Assembly (NCBI GenBank): GCA_964016885.1
Contig: OZ024740.1
Location: forward strand, 5,146,001-5,210,000
Direction: 5' to 3'
Length of the DNA stretch: 64,000 bases
DNA from: Eledone cirrhosa
Lineage: Eukaryota
The notes beneath the pieces were generated by a model that saw only the letters and a list, made by a program, of their open reading frames with translations, ran no database searches and was not told the DNA's origin. This document shows, one piece after another, positions 41,701 to 55,264 of the stretch. How positions within the stretch are numbered: position 1 is the stretch's first letter; each line of letters starts with the position of its first letter. Both the position numbers and the translations under genes were made by a program.

Positions 41701-42660
41701 ACGGACACACTGGCACACACACACTGATACACACACACATGGACACACTGGCACACACACACACTGATACACACACACACTGACACACATACACGGACAA
41801 CACTGGCACACACACACTGATACACACACACATGGACACACTGGCACACACACACTGATACACACACACACGGACACACTGGCACACACACACACTGATA
41901 CACACACACACTGACACACATACACGGACAACACTGGCACACACACACTGATACACACACACATGGACACACTGGCACACACACACTGATACACACACAC
42001 ACGGACACACTGGCACACACACACACTGATACACACACACACTGACACACATACACGGACAACACTGGCACACACACACTGATACACACACACATGGACA
42101 CACTGGCACACACACACTGATACACACACACACGGACACACTGGCACACACACACACTGATACACACACACACTGACACACATACACGGACACACTGGCA
42201 CACACACACTGATACACACACACACGGACACACTGGCACACACACACACTGACACACTTACACGGACACACTGGCACACACACACACTGATACACACACA
42301 CGGACACACTGGCACACACACACTGATACACACACACACGGACACACTGGCACACACACACACTGATACACACACATGGACACACTGGCAAACACACACT
42401 GATACACACACACACGGACACACTGGCACACACACACTGATACACACACACACGGACACACTGGCACACACACACTGATACACACACACACGGACACACT
42501 GGCACACACACACACTGACACACACACACGGACACACTGGCACACACACACTGATACACACACACACGGACACACTGGCACACACACACACTGACACACA
42601 CACACATGGACACACTGACACACACACACTGGCACACACACACTGACACACACACACACA
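38786..42660. repeat. CA-microsatellite-derived complex minisatellite (~36-40 bp unit)
   Basis: Recurrent ctgata(ca)n-(c/t)ggacacactgg-(ca)n with variable CA run lengths. Confidence 0.95.
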
Positions 42661-42984
42661 CTCATACTTTGACACATACAATCATGCACACACACACTCG
42701 CACCACACTCATACACACACACGCATTCACTCACATACACACACACTCAGACATGCACACATACATACACGCACACTCAGACATACACACACAGACTCAT
42801 ATATGTACACACACACTCTATAGTCTGTGCTCTGTAATTAACTGTTAATTATTCCTCTGTTAATTAATAAATTTATTAGAAAGTAGACTTCCGTTAAATC
42901 AGGAAAACCGCTGCATTGAAAGTAACTAATGGAGCAACAGAGAAAACTGGTTTACGAATGACATGTATATATATATTTATATTT

Positions 42985-43040
<56 letters not shown>

Positions 43041-46000
43041 CATCATCATCATCATCGTTTAACGTCCATCTTCCAGGCTTTCATGGGTCTGGACGGGAAT
43101 TGTCCCACTTGGGGCAAGATTGGTTGTCTTGCTCGGGACTGTCTGGCGGTTTTCTACGGCTGGATGCACTTCCTAACACCAACCACATTTACAGTGAGTG
43201 CTGGGTGCTTTTTACAGTGTTACCTACACGACCACATTACAGCGCGCACTGTGTGATTTTTTTGTCGTGACACCTACATGACCTCATTTTTTTAGGACTG
43301 GATGTTGTGGTACCAACATAGCTTTACATCGAAAGGGGTGGTGTGGATGGGGTGGGGGTAGTGGGACGGGGGTGTATTTTGGTTAAGAGGTGCCTACTGA
43401 CTGTAGGTTTCACTTTGTACATAGGCAAGGTGGGTCTTCTGTATCACTGTGTAGCGCCAAAGATCTCGGTCCAGTGACATTGTCTTGGAGAGGTGTAAGT
43501 GTGTAAGGTCGGAATTTATCAAGTCATCCCAGGTTTTTCTGGGTCTGCCTATTCCGTAGCTACCGTCTATTTTGATCGCCCTGCACTTTTATATACATCT
43601 GTCGTCTTTCATGCGCATCACGTGACCATACCAACGTAGTCTTCTCTCGAGTAAACAGCATCTGATCCCTCTTATTCCTAATTTCTCACTTAGTTCATTT
43701 ATGCTTTGCCGTTCACGTATATTACTATTACACACCCAGCGGAGCATGCAGGTTTCGTTCCTTTCCAGTCTGCGTATATCCTCTGCACACAATGCCCAGG
43801 TCTCACTGCCATGTAACATTGCTGTTCGTATGCAAGCATCATACAGCCTGCCCTTTTCTTAGAGAGAAACCCGGCCAATAGTGGTATAATCTCTCTGAAA
43901 TTTTTCCAACCCGTTCGGACTCTGGCTACAGTACTTTCGGAACACCCTCCACTACTGCTGATTTTGTCACCCAGGTAACGGAAGCTGTCCACTATTTCTA
44001 TAGAACCATCTGGGCAATGGAATGAGCTAGTATTCTGTGGGCATTTGCTGCTACTTATTGCACCAGAGCACCAGCCACATATAAAATCTATGTTCTTAGT
44101 TAGCTTAACTGTGATCCCACTACATCTTTTATACACCCATACTTTGCATTTGGGACATAAAATGGAGTTTCTGCCTACTCCTTCCCTACACACTGAGCAT
44201 GGCCATTTCCCAGATGGGACCAGTGCCCTATTCTCCTTCCTACATCTTAGGACTTTAGTCTTAGACAAGTTAATTTTAAGGCCTTTTGATTCTAGGCCAT
44301 GCTTCCATGTTTGGAATTTCTTCTCTAGTTCAGCCATTGATTCAGCTATGAGCGTTAGATCATCTGTGTATAGAAGTTCCCATGGGCAGCCGGTCTTGAA
44401 CTCCTCCGTTATAGCTTGGAGGGCGATAATAAATAGGAGGGGGCTAAGAACGGAGCCCTGATGAACACCAAATTTTACGCAAACTCTTCACTATATTCGT
44501 TGTTAACTCTAACCCTGCTGACTGTTTCTTTATACATGGCTTGTATAGCTCTCACAAGCCATTCATTAACACCTAGTTTTCTGAGAGCCCACCAGATAAT
44601 GGGGCGTGGGACTCTGTCAAAGGCTTTCTCCAAGTCAACGAAAGCTAAGTATAGGGGTTTACTTTTAGCTAAATACTTCTCCTGCAGTTGTCGTACAATG
44701 AAAAGAGCATCTGTGGTACTTTTGCCTGACACAAACCCGAACTGCATTTCATCTAGATCAATTCGCTCTCTGATTAGTTGCGCTATTACTTTTTCTGTAA
44801 CCTTCATGACCTGGTCAATTAATTTAATGCCTCTATAGTTTCCCCTATCTAGGGCATCTCCTTTACCCTTGTAGCAGTTAATGATGATGCTGATACGCCA
44901 GTCCTTTGGTACGCCCCATTCTGTATGACTTGGTTTACTATCCGGGTGACCATAGTGTGTCCCACCGTTCCAGAGGCTTTCAGCATTTCAGCAACTATTT
45001 CTGAAGGCCCAGCCCCCTTGCCCGTCTTCATATCTTTGATTGCCTTACTTATTATACTACCTTCAACTTGCACTGCTGGCCCCTCTATTGGATCGATGTG
45101 GGGGAGACTGTCTTTCTCCCATTTATTCTCCTCATTTAGTAGCCTTTCATAGTGACACTTCCAAGCTACCTTCTTATCAACGTCAGTGATGGCAAGTACA
45201 CCATCATCATTACAGACACACTTCTCCCCGACAATATCACGATTTTCCTTGACACATTGCCTAGCAATCCTGAATACCTCACGTTTTTGGTCCTCGCGTT
45301 GTAGAACATGCTTGAACTTTCTTTCCTCTGCTTCCCTTCTTGCGAAGTACACTTGTCTCCTAGCTTCCCACCTGGCTACTTGATAGTCTTCTCTACTTCT
45401 CCCATCCCGCCATACTTTCCAAGCCTGCATTTTGGCCTTGATCGACTCCTCCACCTTACTATTCCACCACCAATTTACTCTCCTCCTGCCTATAAGTCTG
45501 CTCCAGCTACAGATTTCATCTGTCGCCTTCAGCAGGTTTGCTTTCAGGAATTCCCACTGTTCCTCTATATTGTACGACTCTAATTGTTCTTCCTTACTGT
45601 CAAAAGCATCAAGTAATATGCTTTTAAATTTATTACTGGCTGTGGGGTCCTTTAACTTCCATATTTTTCTCCTGAGGATAATCCTCCTCTGTTGTCGAGT
45701 ACATCTCGTCCTAACTATGAGGTCGCTAACTATGAGGCTATGTTGGGAGTTGCATTCTTCATGGGGGGGGGGGGGGGATTTAGTGTTTACAACAGACACC
45801 CTGTCACGTCTTCTTGTAAGGATATAATCTACCTGGCTGGTGTGTTCCCCTGATCTATAGGTGATCAAGTGATCGTCTCGTTTTTTGAAGTTTGTGTAAC
45901 AGATAGTTAGGTTATTTGCGTCACAGAATTCCAGGAATCTGGAGCCATTCCTCATTTCTAGTACCAAACCCATAGCCTCCATGGATTCCGTCATAGCCGT

Positions 46001-46700
46001 CACAGTGTTGTCCAACGTGACCATTTAGGTCGCCAGCAATAATTATATAGTCACTGTCGGTTAGTTGGGAGGTAGTGAGTATTAACGACTCATAGAATCT
46101 GTCTTTTATAATGCCAGGCAGTCCGGATTGGGGTGCAATCGTAGATATTATTGTCACAGTAGTTCTATTAAGGACAAGTCTTATTTTAATTATTCTGTCA
46201 TTCACTCTATTTACGTCTATTATCTTATCTACCCATTTTTCTGGTAGCATGATTCCTACTCCACCCAACCCATTGTCATTTCCGACCCAGAAAAGCTTAT
46301 AGCATCGTTTTTTACCCACAATGAATCTAGCAGACCCACCCTCCACCTGGTCTCTTGAATACAGCAAACATCAACCTCCTTACACTCAAGCATTTCTACA
46401 ACCTCGTTAGAGCGACCTTTTAAAGTACCTATATTCATGATACCAACTCTGAAGTTTTGGATTGCGTTTGGTGGGTGGGAAGGATGGGGCACAGGGAGGG
46501 GTGAGGGGATGGGTTTATGTTAGCCATCCGTGGCCGAAATAAAGAGGAGGAGTCCTTGCATTCTCGTCCGGCAGCATGAGGTGAATTTGTCTTTATCTTT
46601 GGCATTGTCACTGAGTGTCCAGATTTTTCAGACTCTCCAGAATTCCGTAGTCCATCCATCATATCGAAAGGCATCCAGGTCTAAACTTAAGAAGTGATAA
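43041..46700 (-). mobile_element. Near-full-length RTE-clade LINE (APE endonuclease plus RT), frameshifted
   Basis: EN motifs NIGTLKGRS..VDVCCIQETRW, IIAGDLNGHVG, QVDYIL, SQHSLIV. RT motifs AFVDLEKAFDRV and RLRWYGHV. The (CAT)n tail reads on + at 43041-43056. The ORF is split into at least six pieces and the 5' limit is approximate. Confidence 0.95.
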
Positions 46701-46910
46701 CATAGGCTGCTGACTTATGATTGGTCCAAGTAATAATGGTGGCGAGTGCGTGCGGGAGGGGGAATCTGGGGTAGTTAGCGAGGTTATGAAATAAAATCCA
46801 CGAATTTTGGCCATAATCGAACGAGCATATAACTGTAATAAGAGAAGAATTATGTGATTTTAAAATACAAGAAGATTATTTTGAATGATCAGACAGAATT
46901 ATCGAATAGC

Positions 46911-46960
<50 letters not shown>

Positions 46961-46971
46961 CATATATATAC

Positions 46972-47057
<86 letters not shown>

Positions 47058-47230
47058 GTATACATACATATATATTTCTTTTCTCCACGTTTCTCTCTCT
47101 CTCCGTCTTTTTACTTCTCCTTAACACGACTTACTAAAATAAACAAACCACTATCCTGATGTCTTCCAAAAGTAACGGTTGCATTTTGAAAGGGTACGTC
47201 AATGTTTATTTATAAAACTGGTATATATTG

Positions 47231-47286
47231 TATTTTGTCTGATGAAGGCATACCATAATTTAACTTGAAATATGTATAATGAAATA
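47231..47286 (+). ncRNA. Hammerhead motif with partly deleted stem II (family of 2522 and 57475)
   Basis: Reads tattttgt-CTGATGA(47239)-aggcataccataatttaactt-GAAA(47267)-tatgta-TA-atgaaata. Confidence 0.55.
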
Positions 47287-47325
47287 AATATGGTTTTATA
47301 AATATAGTTTCCATTTGTTAATATC

Positions 47326-47363
<38 letters not shown>

Positions 47364-47393
47364 TTATGTATGTATGTATGTATATATACATGT

Positions 47394-47994
47394 CAGGTCA
47401 CCAGTTGGTGCTACTGGTAACATGTATCCCAGTACAACCTGTCTCATGGTCGGGTCGTTGGCGACTAAACTGGCAACCCCACCAAGGTTTCTTGGTGAGG
47501 AGGGTGACTTTGGACATCCTGCAGGACTAAAAACAAAAGCTGTCAAAGGACAAAGGAGCTCTTAAGAGTCAATGGTCATCCAAAATCACCGGGAGAGATG
47601 ACCTCTTAGCCTTTGTCAAGCCAGAATTCTAGGAGAAGGAAAACTCTGATATAACACCTGCAACTCTGATGGTACCCAATGATGTAGACTTGTTCTTTTT
47701 GGTAAATATCATCTTGGTTAAGAGAGTGGGACTGGCTTTGTGCAGTGCCTTAGCTCACTATAAAAGCTTCACGGCACAGGCATTGCTTTATATCTGGAGA
47801 TCTCTCTGCACTTGTCATCACATGGTACCATGCGCCCAGCACTATGTGTCAATAATTGTCACAAGTGTAGTGTTTGTACCAGAGTTTTCAAGTCGCTGGC
47901 TGGACTAAAAAGTCACACTCGTTCAGCGCATCGGTAGGGGTTCTCCTACATGAATATAAAGTAGTGGCCATACTCAAACACGAGATGGCAGCCA

Positions 47995-47997
<3 letters not shown>
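47394..47997 (+). mobile_element. Internally deleted (bipartite) RTE-derived element: 5'UTR-like part fused to a C-terminal C2H2 zinc finger and 3' end
   Basis: ctaggagaaggaaaactctga resembles an RTE 5' UTR motif. 47857-47937 encodes CHKCSVCTRVFKSLAGLKSHTRSAHR*. Confidence 0.6.
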
Positions 47998-48038
<41 letters not shown>

Positions 48039-48110
48039 CAACACACACAAAAGCAAGATGCCGCAGGACAGAACAAAGGAGAGGCACAAAAACAAAGAAA
48101 AGAATCCCCA

Positions 48111-48153
48111 GTCACTGAAGAGGTCACAGAATGTGTGACGAAAGAACTTTGAC
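48111..48153 (+). ncRNA. Compact minimal hammerhead ribozyme motif
   Basis: Reads gtca-CTGAAGA-g-gtcaca(gaatg)tgtgac-GAAA-gaac-TT-tgac. Stem II is a perfect 6 bp and stem I is 4 bp. Confidence 0.7.
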
Positions 48154-48314
48154 AATATATGCACAATATTCTGGTTGTGGAACCTACTAACCAACCGGAA
48201 ATTTATAAATTCTTAAATTTATAAATTTAATTTATAATAAATTGAAGTGAATGCAACTGGTGCGTGTGTTTCTTATTGGCAACATAACCCTCCCAAAGCA
48301 TAACAATATATATC

Positions 48315-48405
<91 letters not shown>

Positions 48406-48610
48406 TTCGTTTTTGAATTTGTTTTGCAAGATTTCTTATCTGAAAATCTGTGTTGAAACAGATATTGTTTTACTATGTGACGAGGTTTGACAATATATAA
48501 ACAACCGTCCTGTTATCTAACCAACCGGAAATTTATAATAAATTGAAGGGAAAACCAACAGGTGCGTGTGTTTTTATTGGCAGCATGACCCTCCCAAAGT
48601 ATAACAATAT
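48134..48610 (+). repeat. Diverged direct duplication of the sequence downstream of the 48111 hammerhead, each copy ending in (TA)n
   Basis: tgtgacga..tttgacaatatat...ctaaccaaccggaaatttata...ggtgcgtgtgtt...accctcccaaag.ataacaatata occurs at 48134-48312 and 48476-48612. Confidence 0.8.
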
Positions 48611-48678
48611 ATATATATATCACTTCCCCACATCGCTCTCTTTACACACACACATGTATATATATATGTATATATATA

Positions 48679-48778
48679 CAGGGTGTTCCAAAAAATGTAT
48701 ACACACTTCAACAGCATTCTAATAAATATTGCCTGTACAGGTAATCAAAGTGTATATACATTTTGGGGGGACACTCTG
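48679..48778. mobile_element. 100-bp Tc1/mariner-type MITE
   Basis: ta-cagggtgttccaaaaaatgtatacacactt ... aagtgtatatacattttggggggacactctg, with imperfect ~30-bp TIRs. Confidence 0.7.
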
Positions 48779-48816
48779 TGTATATATACATCACTTCCCC
48801 ACATTTTTCTCTTTTT

Positions 48817-48854
<38 letters not shown>

Positions 48855-49115
48855 CCATCATCATCATCATCTATATATATATAAGTTGTAGTGCACCTGA
48901 GCACTGTACACAATATTTTCATTATTATATATTCACACACACACACACACACACATAATCAGTTCCACAGTGACATATACAGGTACTTATGTTTCGTTTG
49001 GTTGTTTAGCCCATCTCATTCAGCATGTCATGAAAAAATTATCCTTGAGATTACCTGCCGTAAGAATTCTTTAACTACTGTCTAAAATCACCAAAGATGG
49101 ACGCCATTTTTTCAT

Positions 49116-49302
49116 TATTATTTCTACTTTTGGCACAAGGCCAGCAATTATACCAGTGCATTACTGGTACTTTATTTTATTGACCCCGTAAGGATGAAAG
49201 GCAAAGTCAACCTCGGCGGGATTTGAACTCAGATCGTGAAGGGACGTAACTATACTGGAAAACATGGCGTCCGACCCTCTACAGATACTGCGAATCCACC
49301 GC
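49116..49302 (-). mobile_element. SINE family 2 copy
   Basis: Reverse complement of the 11640-11822 type. Confidence 0.8.
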
Positions 49303-49882
49303 AGTAGGAGAATTTACATAATGAAAGCTATACTTATTTTCACAAGAGAAGACGTTTCTCGCCCACCACAAAGTAGGTGAGAGATGTCCCCGTTGGGCGC
49401 GGGGAATGGACAGGTCTCTACTTCCAATGAACAATGTGGATGATACAGAAGAACGATATCAACAAAAGTTTTAAGTAATCCAATATCGTAATATCATACT
49501 AATCTCAAAATATTCTGTTTAAAAGGAATATAAAACACGATGGATTCCATGATATTATTGTTTTAAAGAATTCTCTAAGACAATGATACCGAAATAATCT
49601 GTTTTAAACAATTATGTTATACAATGACAATATAATCTTCGTTTAAAAGACCTCTGTAACACAATGACAAGGCAAGTCATATATATAAGCTATTTAGGAA
49701 GTAAAAACCAGTTTTCTATATATGTATATATATGTGTGTATGTACACACACACCCATATATATATGTGTGTGTGTGTGTGTGTGTATTTATGTCAATAAT
49801 CAGTGTTGGATGATCCAAGCAATCAACCAATGATGGTGTAATCACATGTATTTTCAATATGAAGAATATATATATATATATA

Positions 49883-50018
49883 TAGAAAAATGTATGACCC
49901 AGACGGCTGAGTTCAAGCCGTTTCGACGGCTATTTCTGGAAATACCCACTCTACTACCCTAAGTATTGAGTACTCTGGTGCGTTATGGTCCATCTGGTTC
50001 CTTACCACAACTCCTTCG

Positions 50019-50020
<2 letters not shown>
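49883..50020 (+). mobile_element. Short (TA)n-embedded element, non-palindromic version of 11443-11637
   Basis: Shares gctgagttcaagccgtttcgacggctatttctg and tacccactctactacc...ccttaccac. Confidence 0.75.
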
Positions 50021-50073
<53 letters not shown>

Positions 50074-50119
50074 TATGTATAGAAACACGGTATGTTTACA
50101 GTGTGTGTGTGTGTGTGTA

Positions 50120-51065
50120 GTAAACAACGAAAACATTTGTCTGGCCTCAAAAATACCTGTTCTTTTACTTCACCCGTTTCACATAGAACGGTTTTTCAAA
50201 AGTTTTTTCATGATTAATTTGCTAGTTTTTCATTTGTAATCTTATTGTCACTTATGTTCTTGTTAAAACACGGGATGCAACTGGTAATATTTTTGCCCTT
50301 TATGTTGAAGGAAAAAAATTCGCTCCATGACAAGAGACGTAACTCTGGTCCGACTAAGCATCAAATGTTATGTATGTAAAGTGTTAAATTTTGATCTAAT
50401 AATTTGGTCTAATAATATTTTCTATAAAAAACGTTTCTTTGCCAATGTGTTTTTCTTCTAATGTTGACCGGCAAGACATTGAAATTTGGTAAAGTTTTCC
50501 CTCCACATTCCCCTATATGTAGACTAAAAGGGATCTTTCTCGGGTATGGATCTCTGATTTGTTGGGAGTGAACTGTCACTCTTTGTCGGGGTGTAAGTCC
50601 TGTTTGGCAATGTAGCATTCGTGGCAACCTTTACATATTATAATATATATTAAATTCTCTGAGTTGTACAGGAAGTCATTTTTAATTTTGAAAATGTGAC
50701 CTTTGAAGTAATTCGTGGCCTTCTAATAGGTAGTTGTATATCCCGCAGTTGGGTCAGGTTCTTTAATTTCGGTTTGCAGTTTTGCAATTTTAGAATCTTT
50801 TTCAGTTATTAGGTTGTAATTATTAGAATGTCTACGAAGGGAAGTTTTTCGTTACTGAAATCCACAGTTAATTGGATGTTAGGGTTGGTATTTGAAATGT
50901 CTTTAGTTTGTCAAGATTTTCCTTCCACAGAATAAAACAGTCACCCAGATATCTTTTCTACTTTTCTTTTATATAACAACTGAATTCCCTCTCATAAACT
51001 GCTGAGGTTTGATTGTAGATTTGTAATTCATGGTATTTTATGACTAAATTGATGTATGTTGATGC
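50120..51065 (-). mobile_element. Decayed Penelope-like element (GIY-YIG endonuclease with Cys motif, plus 3' UTR)
   Basis: Minus-strand frames give FKIKNDFLYNSENLIYIIICKGCHECYI / QTGLTPRQRVTVHSQQIRD...PFSLHI, matching the N.IY.I.C..C...YIGQT...R.R...H GIY-YIG pattern of PLEs. Confidence 0.75.
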
Positions 51066-51355
51066 AATGTTCCTATGGCCAGTGGCGAACTGGCCAGGTT
51101 GCCCAATGGGAAGTGGGCCACAGGGGGGGCCATGGGAGCATTGCAGGCCCACTGTAGTATTTTAGGGGCCAATGCTTTGCTTTCAAAAATACTTCAAATC
51201 TAAAAGAAAGAAAAATAAAAAAAAATAAAATAAAACAATTAAGCAAAGTATTTGATCAAAACCAAAATATACGATAGTGTAAATAGCTGGAATCAGTGGC
51301 TGTACATTCTACTAAATCTAAAGTTTAGTGTATTCATTGATGCATGGAAACATAG

Positions 51356-51459
<104 letters not shown>

Positions 51460-51480
51460 TTACACACGAACTACTGACCA

Positions 51481-51670
51481 AATAATTGTTTCTACTTTTG
51501 GCACAAGACCAGCAATTACCCAAGTGCATTACTGGTACTTTATTTTATCGACCCCGTAAGGATGAAAGGCAAAGGGAACCTCGGTGGGATTTGAACTCAG
51601 ACTATAAAGAGGTGTAAATCTATGCTGCAAAGCATGGCGTCCTACCTTCTACCAAAACTGCCAATCCCCC
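51481..51670 (-). mobile_element. SINE family 2 copy
   Basis: Reverse complement of the 11640-11822 type. Confidence 0.8.
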
Positions 51671-51754
51671 ATAATATTTGGTATCAATGGGTTAAAGACA
51701 TCTGTCAAATCCATTAGTGGTGAAGGTGGTATATATATACATATATATATATGA

Positions 51755-52216
51755 ACAAAATTAGAGCAAGAAGACAGGACTGTCCGTCATCAGTGATCTT
51801 CCAGCCATCATCGGTATTTATTCGCATTAAAGACCATATACCTCAGGCTGGTGCGAGCAATAACTAAAAAAAGTTATTGGGACAGGTAGAATTGGGTGAG
51901 AAAGCGAGACGTGTAAACAAACAGAGATGGTAATGCAACGGAAAGAGAGGAAGATGAGAAACAAGTCCGTGATATCTGTAACTTAAGTTCGAGCAAATCG
52001 TGGACAAGGAGAGACAGACCCTGTGAAATGTGAGCGAGAAAAGGATTTCACACAGGTCACATGGGAGGAAGTGAGAGAAGGGGAGTAGCAGAGAATGAGT
52101 AAGTGAGTGAGTGAAAGTGTGGGGACTTTCACTCACTCACTCTCTGCTACTCCACTTCTTCTCTCACTTCCTCCCGTCTGACCTGTGTGAAATCCTTTTT
52201 TCGCTCACATTTCACA
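51755..52216 (-). mobile_element. PLE-like 3' UTR fragment (homologous to 55265-55745) with a fold-back 5' end
   Basis: Reverse complement of 51790-51920 aligns with 55557-55695, including atcactgatga. An inverted repeat spans 52022-52118 / 52125-52216. Confidence 0.6.
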
Positions 52217-52298
52217 AAACTGTCTAACCGATAAGGAACTAGATTATCTCACTAAAATTGGTGAGATAGTCTAGTTCCTTATCGGTTAGACAGTTTTG
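52216..52298. repeat. Near-perfect 83-bp hairpin
   Basis: aaaactgtctaaccgataaggaactagattatctcactaa a attggtgagatagtctagttccttatcggttagacagtttt. Confidence 0.9.
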
Positions 52299-52399
52299 GA
52301 ATGGATGTAGTAAATAATGGTTTCATCACATTGTGAAGTTATTCTTCTTTAAATTCTTTATAGTATGCAAGGTGTTTGTGTAGTGTTTTGTGTCAATAA

Positions 52400-52790
52400 T
52401 GACAACAGCAACTCCTTTAATGGCATCTTTTATGACAATATTTTTGTCGCATTGGCAAAGAAATGTTTTTTAGTAGAAACTTTTAGACCAAAACTTGACG
52501 CGTTACATATATAACCTTTACTGTCTGGTCGGGCCAGAGTTACATCTCTTGTCAAAAAGTGTTTCTTTTCCTCAACATAAGGGACAAAAATAAAAACATT
52601 TGCATCCCTTGCTTTAGGTGAAACTGGTACAAAACTATTCCTTTTGATACAAGAAAAACTATTTTCGTTGTTCATTACACATGTGGCATATAACTACAAA
52701 TGTATTCCTTTTGATGTAAAACATTTTTTCACGTTACATTGTATAAAATAAAAACACACTAGCTGCGTTTCCAAACCTTTATCATTTTTC
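52400..52790 (+). mobile_element. Oppositely oriented relative of the 3' region of the PLE at 50120-50420
   Basis: gtcgggccagagttacatctcttgtca (52528) is the reverse complement of tgacaagagacgtaactctggtccgac (50328). caacataaggg and tgcatccc are also shared. Confidence 0.6.
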
Positions 52791-53223
52791 TTATATATAT
52801 GCACACACATAAACACAGATACACACACATAAACACACAGATTCACATACAAAAATACACGCATACAAATGCACACACACAAACGTACACACATAGAAAT
52901 GCACACACACATACACATGCACAAATGCACACACAAACAAACGCATATAATCGTACACACACACACACACACACAAACACACACTTATCTAACCCATACT
53001 AGCAAAAAAAATGGATGTTAAACGAAGATGATGATGATGACACTCACACAAAAACATAAGCACACACACAAAAACACACATACACACACACAGGCTGTCA
53101 TTCTCTTAGAAATTCTAGTGACAATAAATGGTTAGTTGGCGACATTCCAAGATTGTAATGCTTTGTTATATAATAGGTTCCATAACTATCTGGAGTTTGG
53201 AATTCTTCAGAATATGACAATAT

Positions 53224-53732
<509 letters not shown>

Positions 53733-53902
53733 TTCGTTTATTTTGTGTCTTTACTGGATCTTTTTTCTGTTTCTCTCTTGTGATCCTGTCTCTATTTTGT
53801 ACCCCTGAAGAAGAGCTTAAGCCCAACACGTCCAACTTTCTTTACTCTTTCCAATATAAAGCGTGAAACTAATAAGACATTTTGGACCTTTTTGTCTCCT
53901 TG

Positions 53903-53942
<40 letters not shown>

Positions 53943-53945
53943 ATA

Positions 53946-55260
53946 GACATGAAGGCGGGCAAGGCGGCTGGGCCTTCGGAAATAGTTGCTGAAATGCTGA
54001 AAGCATCTGGAACGGTGGGACACACTATGGTCAGCCGGATAGTAAACCAAGTCATACAGAATGGTGCCATTCCGAAGGACTGGCGCAGCAGCAACATCAT
54101 TAACTGCTACAAGGGTAAAGGCGATGCCCTAGATAGGGGTAACTATAAAGGCATTAAATTAATTGACCAGGTCATGAAGGTCACAGAAAAAGTAATAGCG
54201 CAACTAATCAGAGAGCGAATTGATCTAGATGAAATAGAGTTCGGGTTTGTGTCAGGTAAAAGTACCACAGACGCTCTTTTCATTGTACAACTACAGGAGA
54301 AGTACCTAGCTAAAGGTAAACCCCTATACTTAGCTTTTGTTGACATGGAGAAAGCCTTTGACAGAGTACCCCGCTCGATTATCTGGTGGGCTCTTAGAAA
54401 ACTAGGTGTTGATGAATGGCTTGTGAGAGTTATACAAGCCATGTATAAAGAAACAGTCAGAAAGGTTAGAATTAACAACGAATATAGTGAAGAGTTTAGC
54501 GTAAAAGTTGGTGTTCATCAGGGCTCCGTCCATAGCCCCCTACTATTTATTATTGCCCTTCAGACTATAACAGAGGAGTTCAAGACCGGCTGCCCATGGG
54601 AACTCCTATATGCAGATGATCTAACGCTCATAGCTGAATCAATGGCTGAACTAGAGAAGAAATTCCAAACATGGAAGCATGGCCTAGAATCAAAAGGCCT
54701 TAAAGTTAACTTGTCTAAGACTAAAGTTCTAGTTTGTAGGAAGGAAAATAGGGCACCGGTCCCATCTGGGAAATGGCCATGCTCAGTGTGTAGGAAAGGA
54801 GTAGGCAGAAACTCCATTTTATGTCCCAAATGCAAAATATTGGTGCATAAAAGATGTAGTGGGATCACAGGTAAGCTAACTAAGAATATAGATTTTATAT
54901 GTGGCCGGTGCTCTGGTGCAATAAGTAGCAGCAAGTGCCCACAGAATACTAGCTCATTCCATTGCACAGATGGTTCTATAGAAATAGTGGACAGCTTCCG
55001 TTACCTGGGTGACAAAATCAGCAGTGGGGGAGTGTGCTCTGAAAGTACAGTAGCTAGAGTCAGAACGGGATGGAAAAAGTTCAGAGAGCTTATACCACTA
55101 TTGGCCGCTAAAGGGTTCTCTCTAAAAATGAAAGGCAGGCTGTATGATGCCTGCATACGAACAGCAATGTTACATGGCAGTGAGACCTGGGCATTGTGTG
55201 CAGAGGATATATGCAGACTGGAGAGAAACGAAGCTTACATGCTCCGCTGGATGTGTAATA
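53946..55260 (+). mobile_element. RTE LINE RT fragment (open 464-aa frame), truncated at both ends
   Basis: Contains AFVDMEKAFDRV, GVHQGSVHSPLLF and LLYADD. Very similar to the copy at 43041-46700. Confidence 0.95.
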
Positions 55261-55264
55261 TGTA

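Noticed and set aside
38717-42746. Very long Cys/Val-rich ORFs (up to 1302 aa)
   Set aside because: These are translations of a (TG)-rich minisatellite that is open in all three frames.
51080-51180. hAT-like terminus cagtggcgaactggcc
   Set aside because: No matching second TIR or 8-bp TSD was found.
53805-53880. Hammerhead at ctgaaga...gaaac
   Set aside because: Stems I and III do not pair convincingly and no NUH is in register. It is kept only as a possible decayed core.
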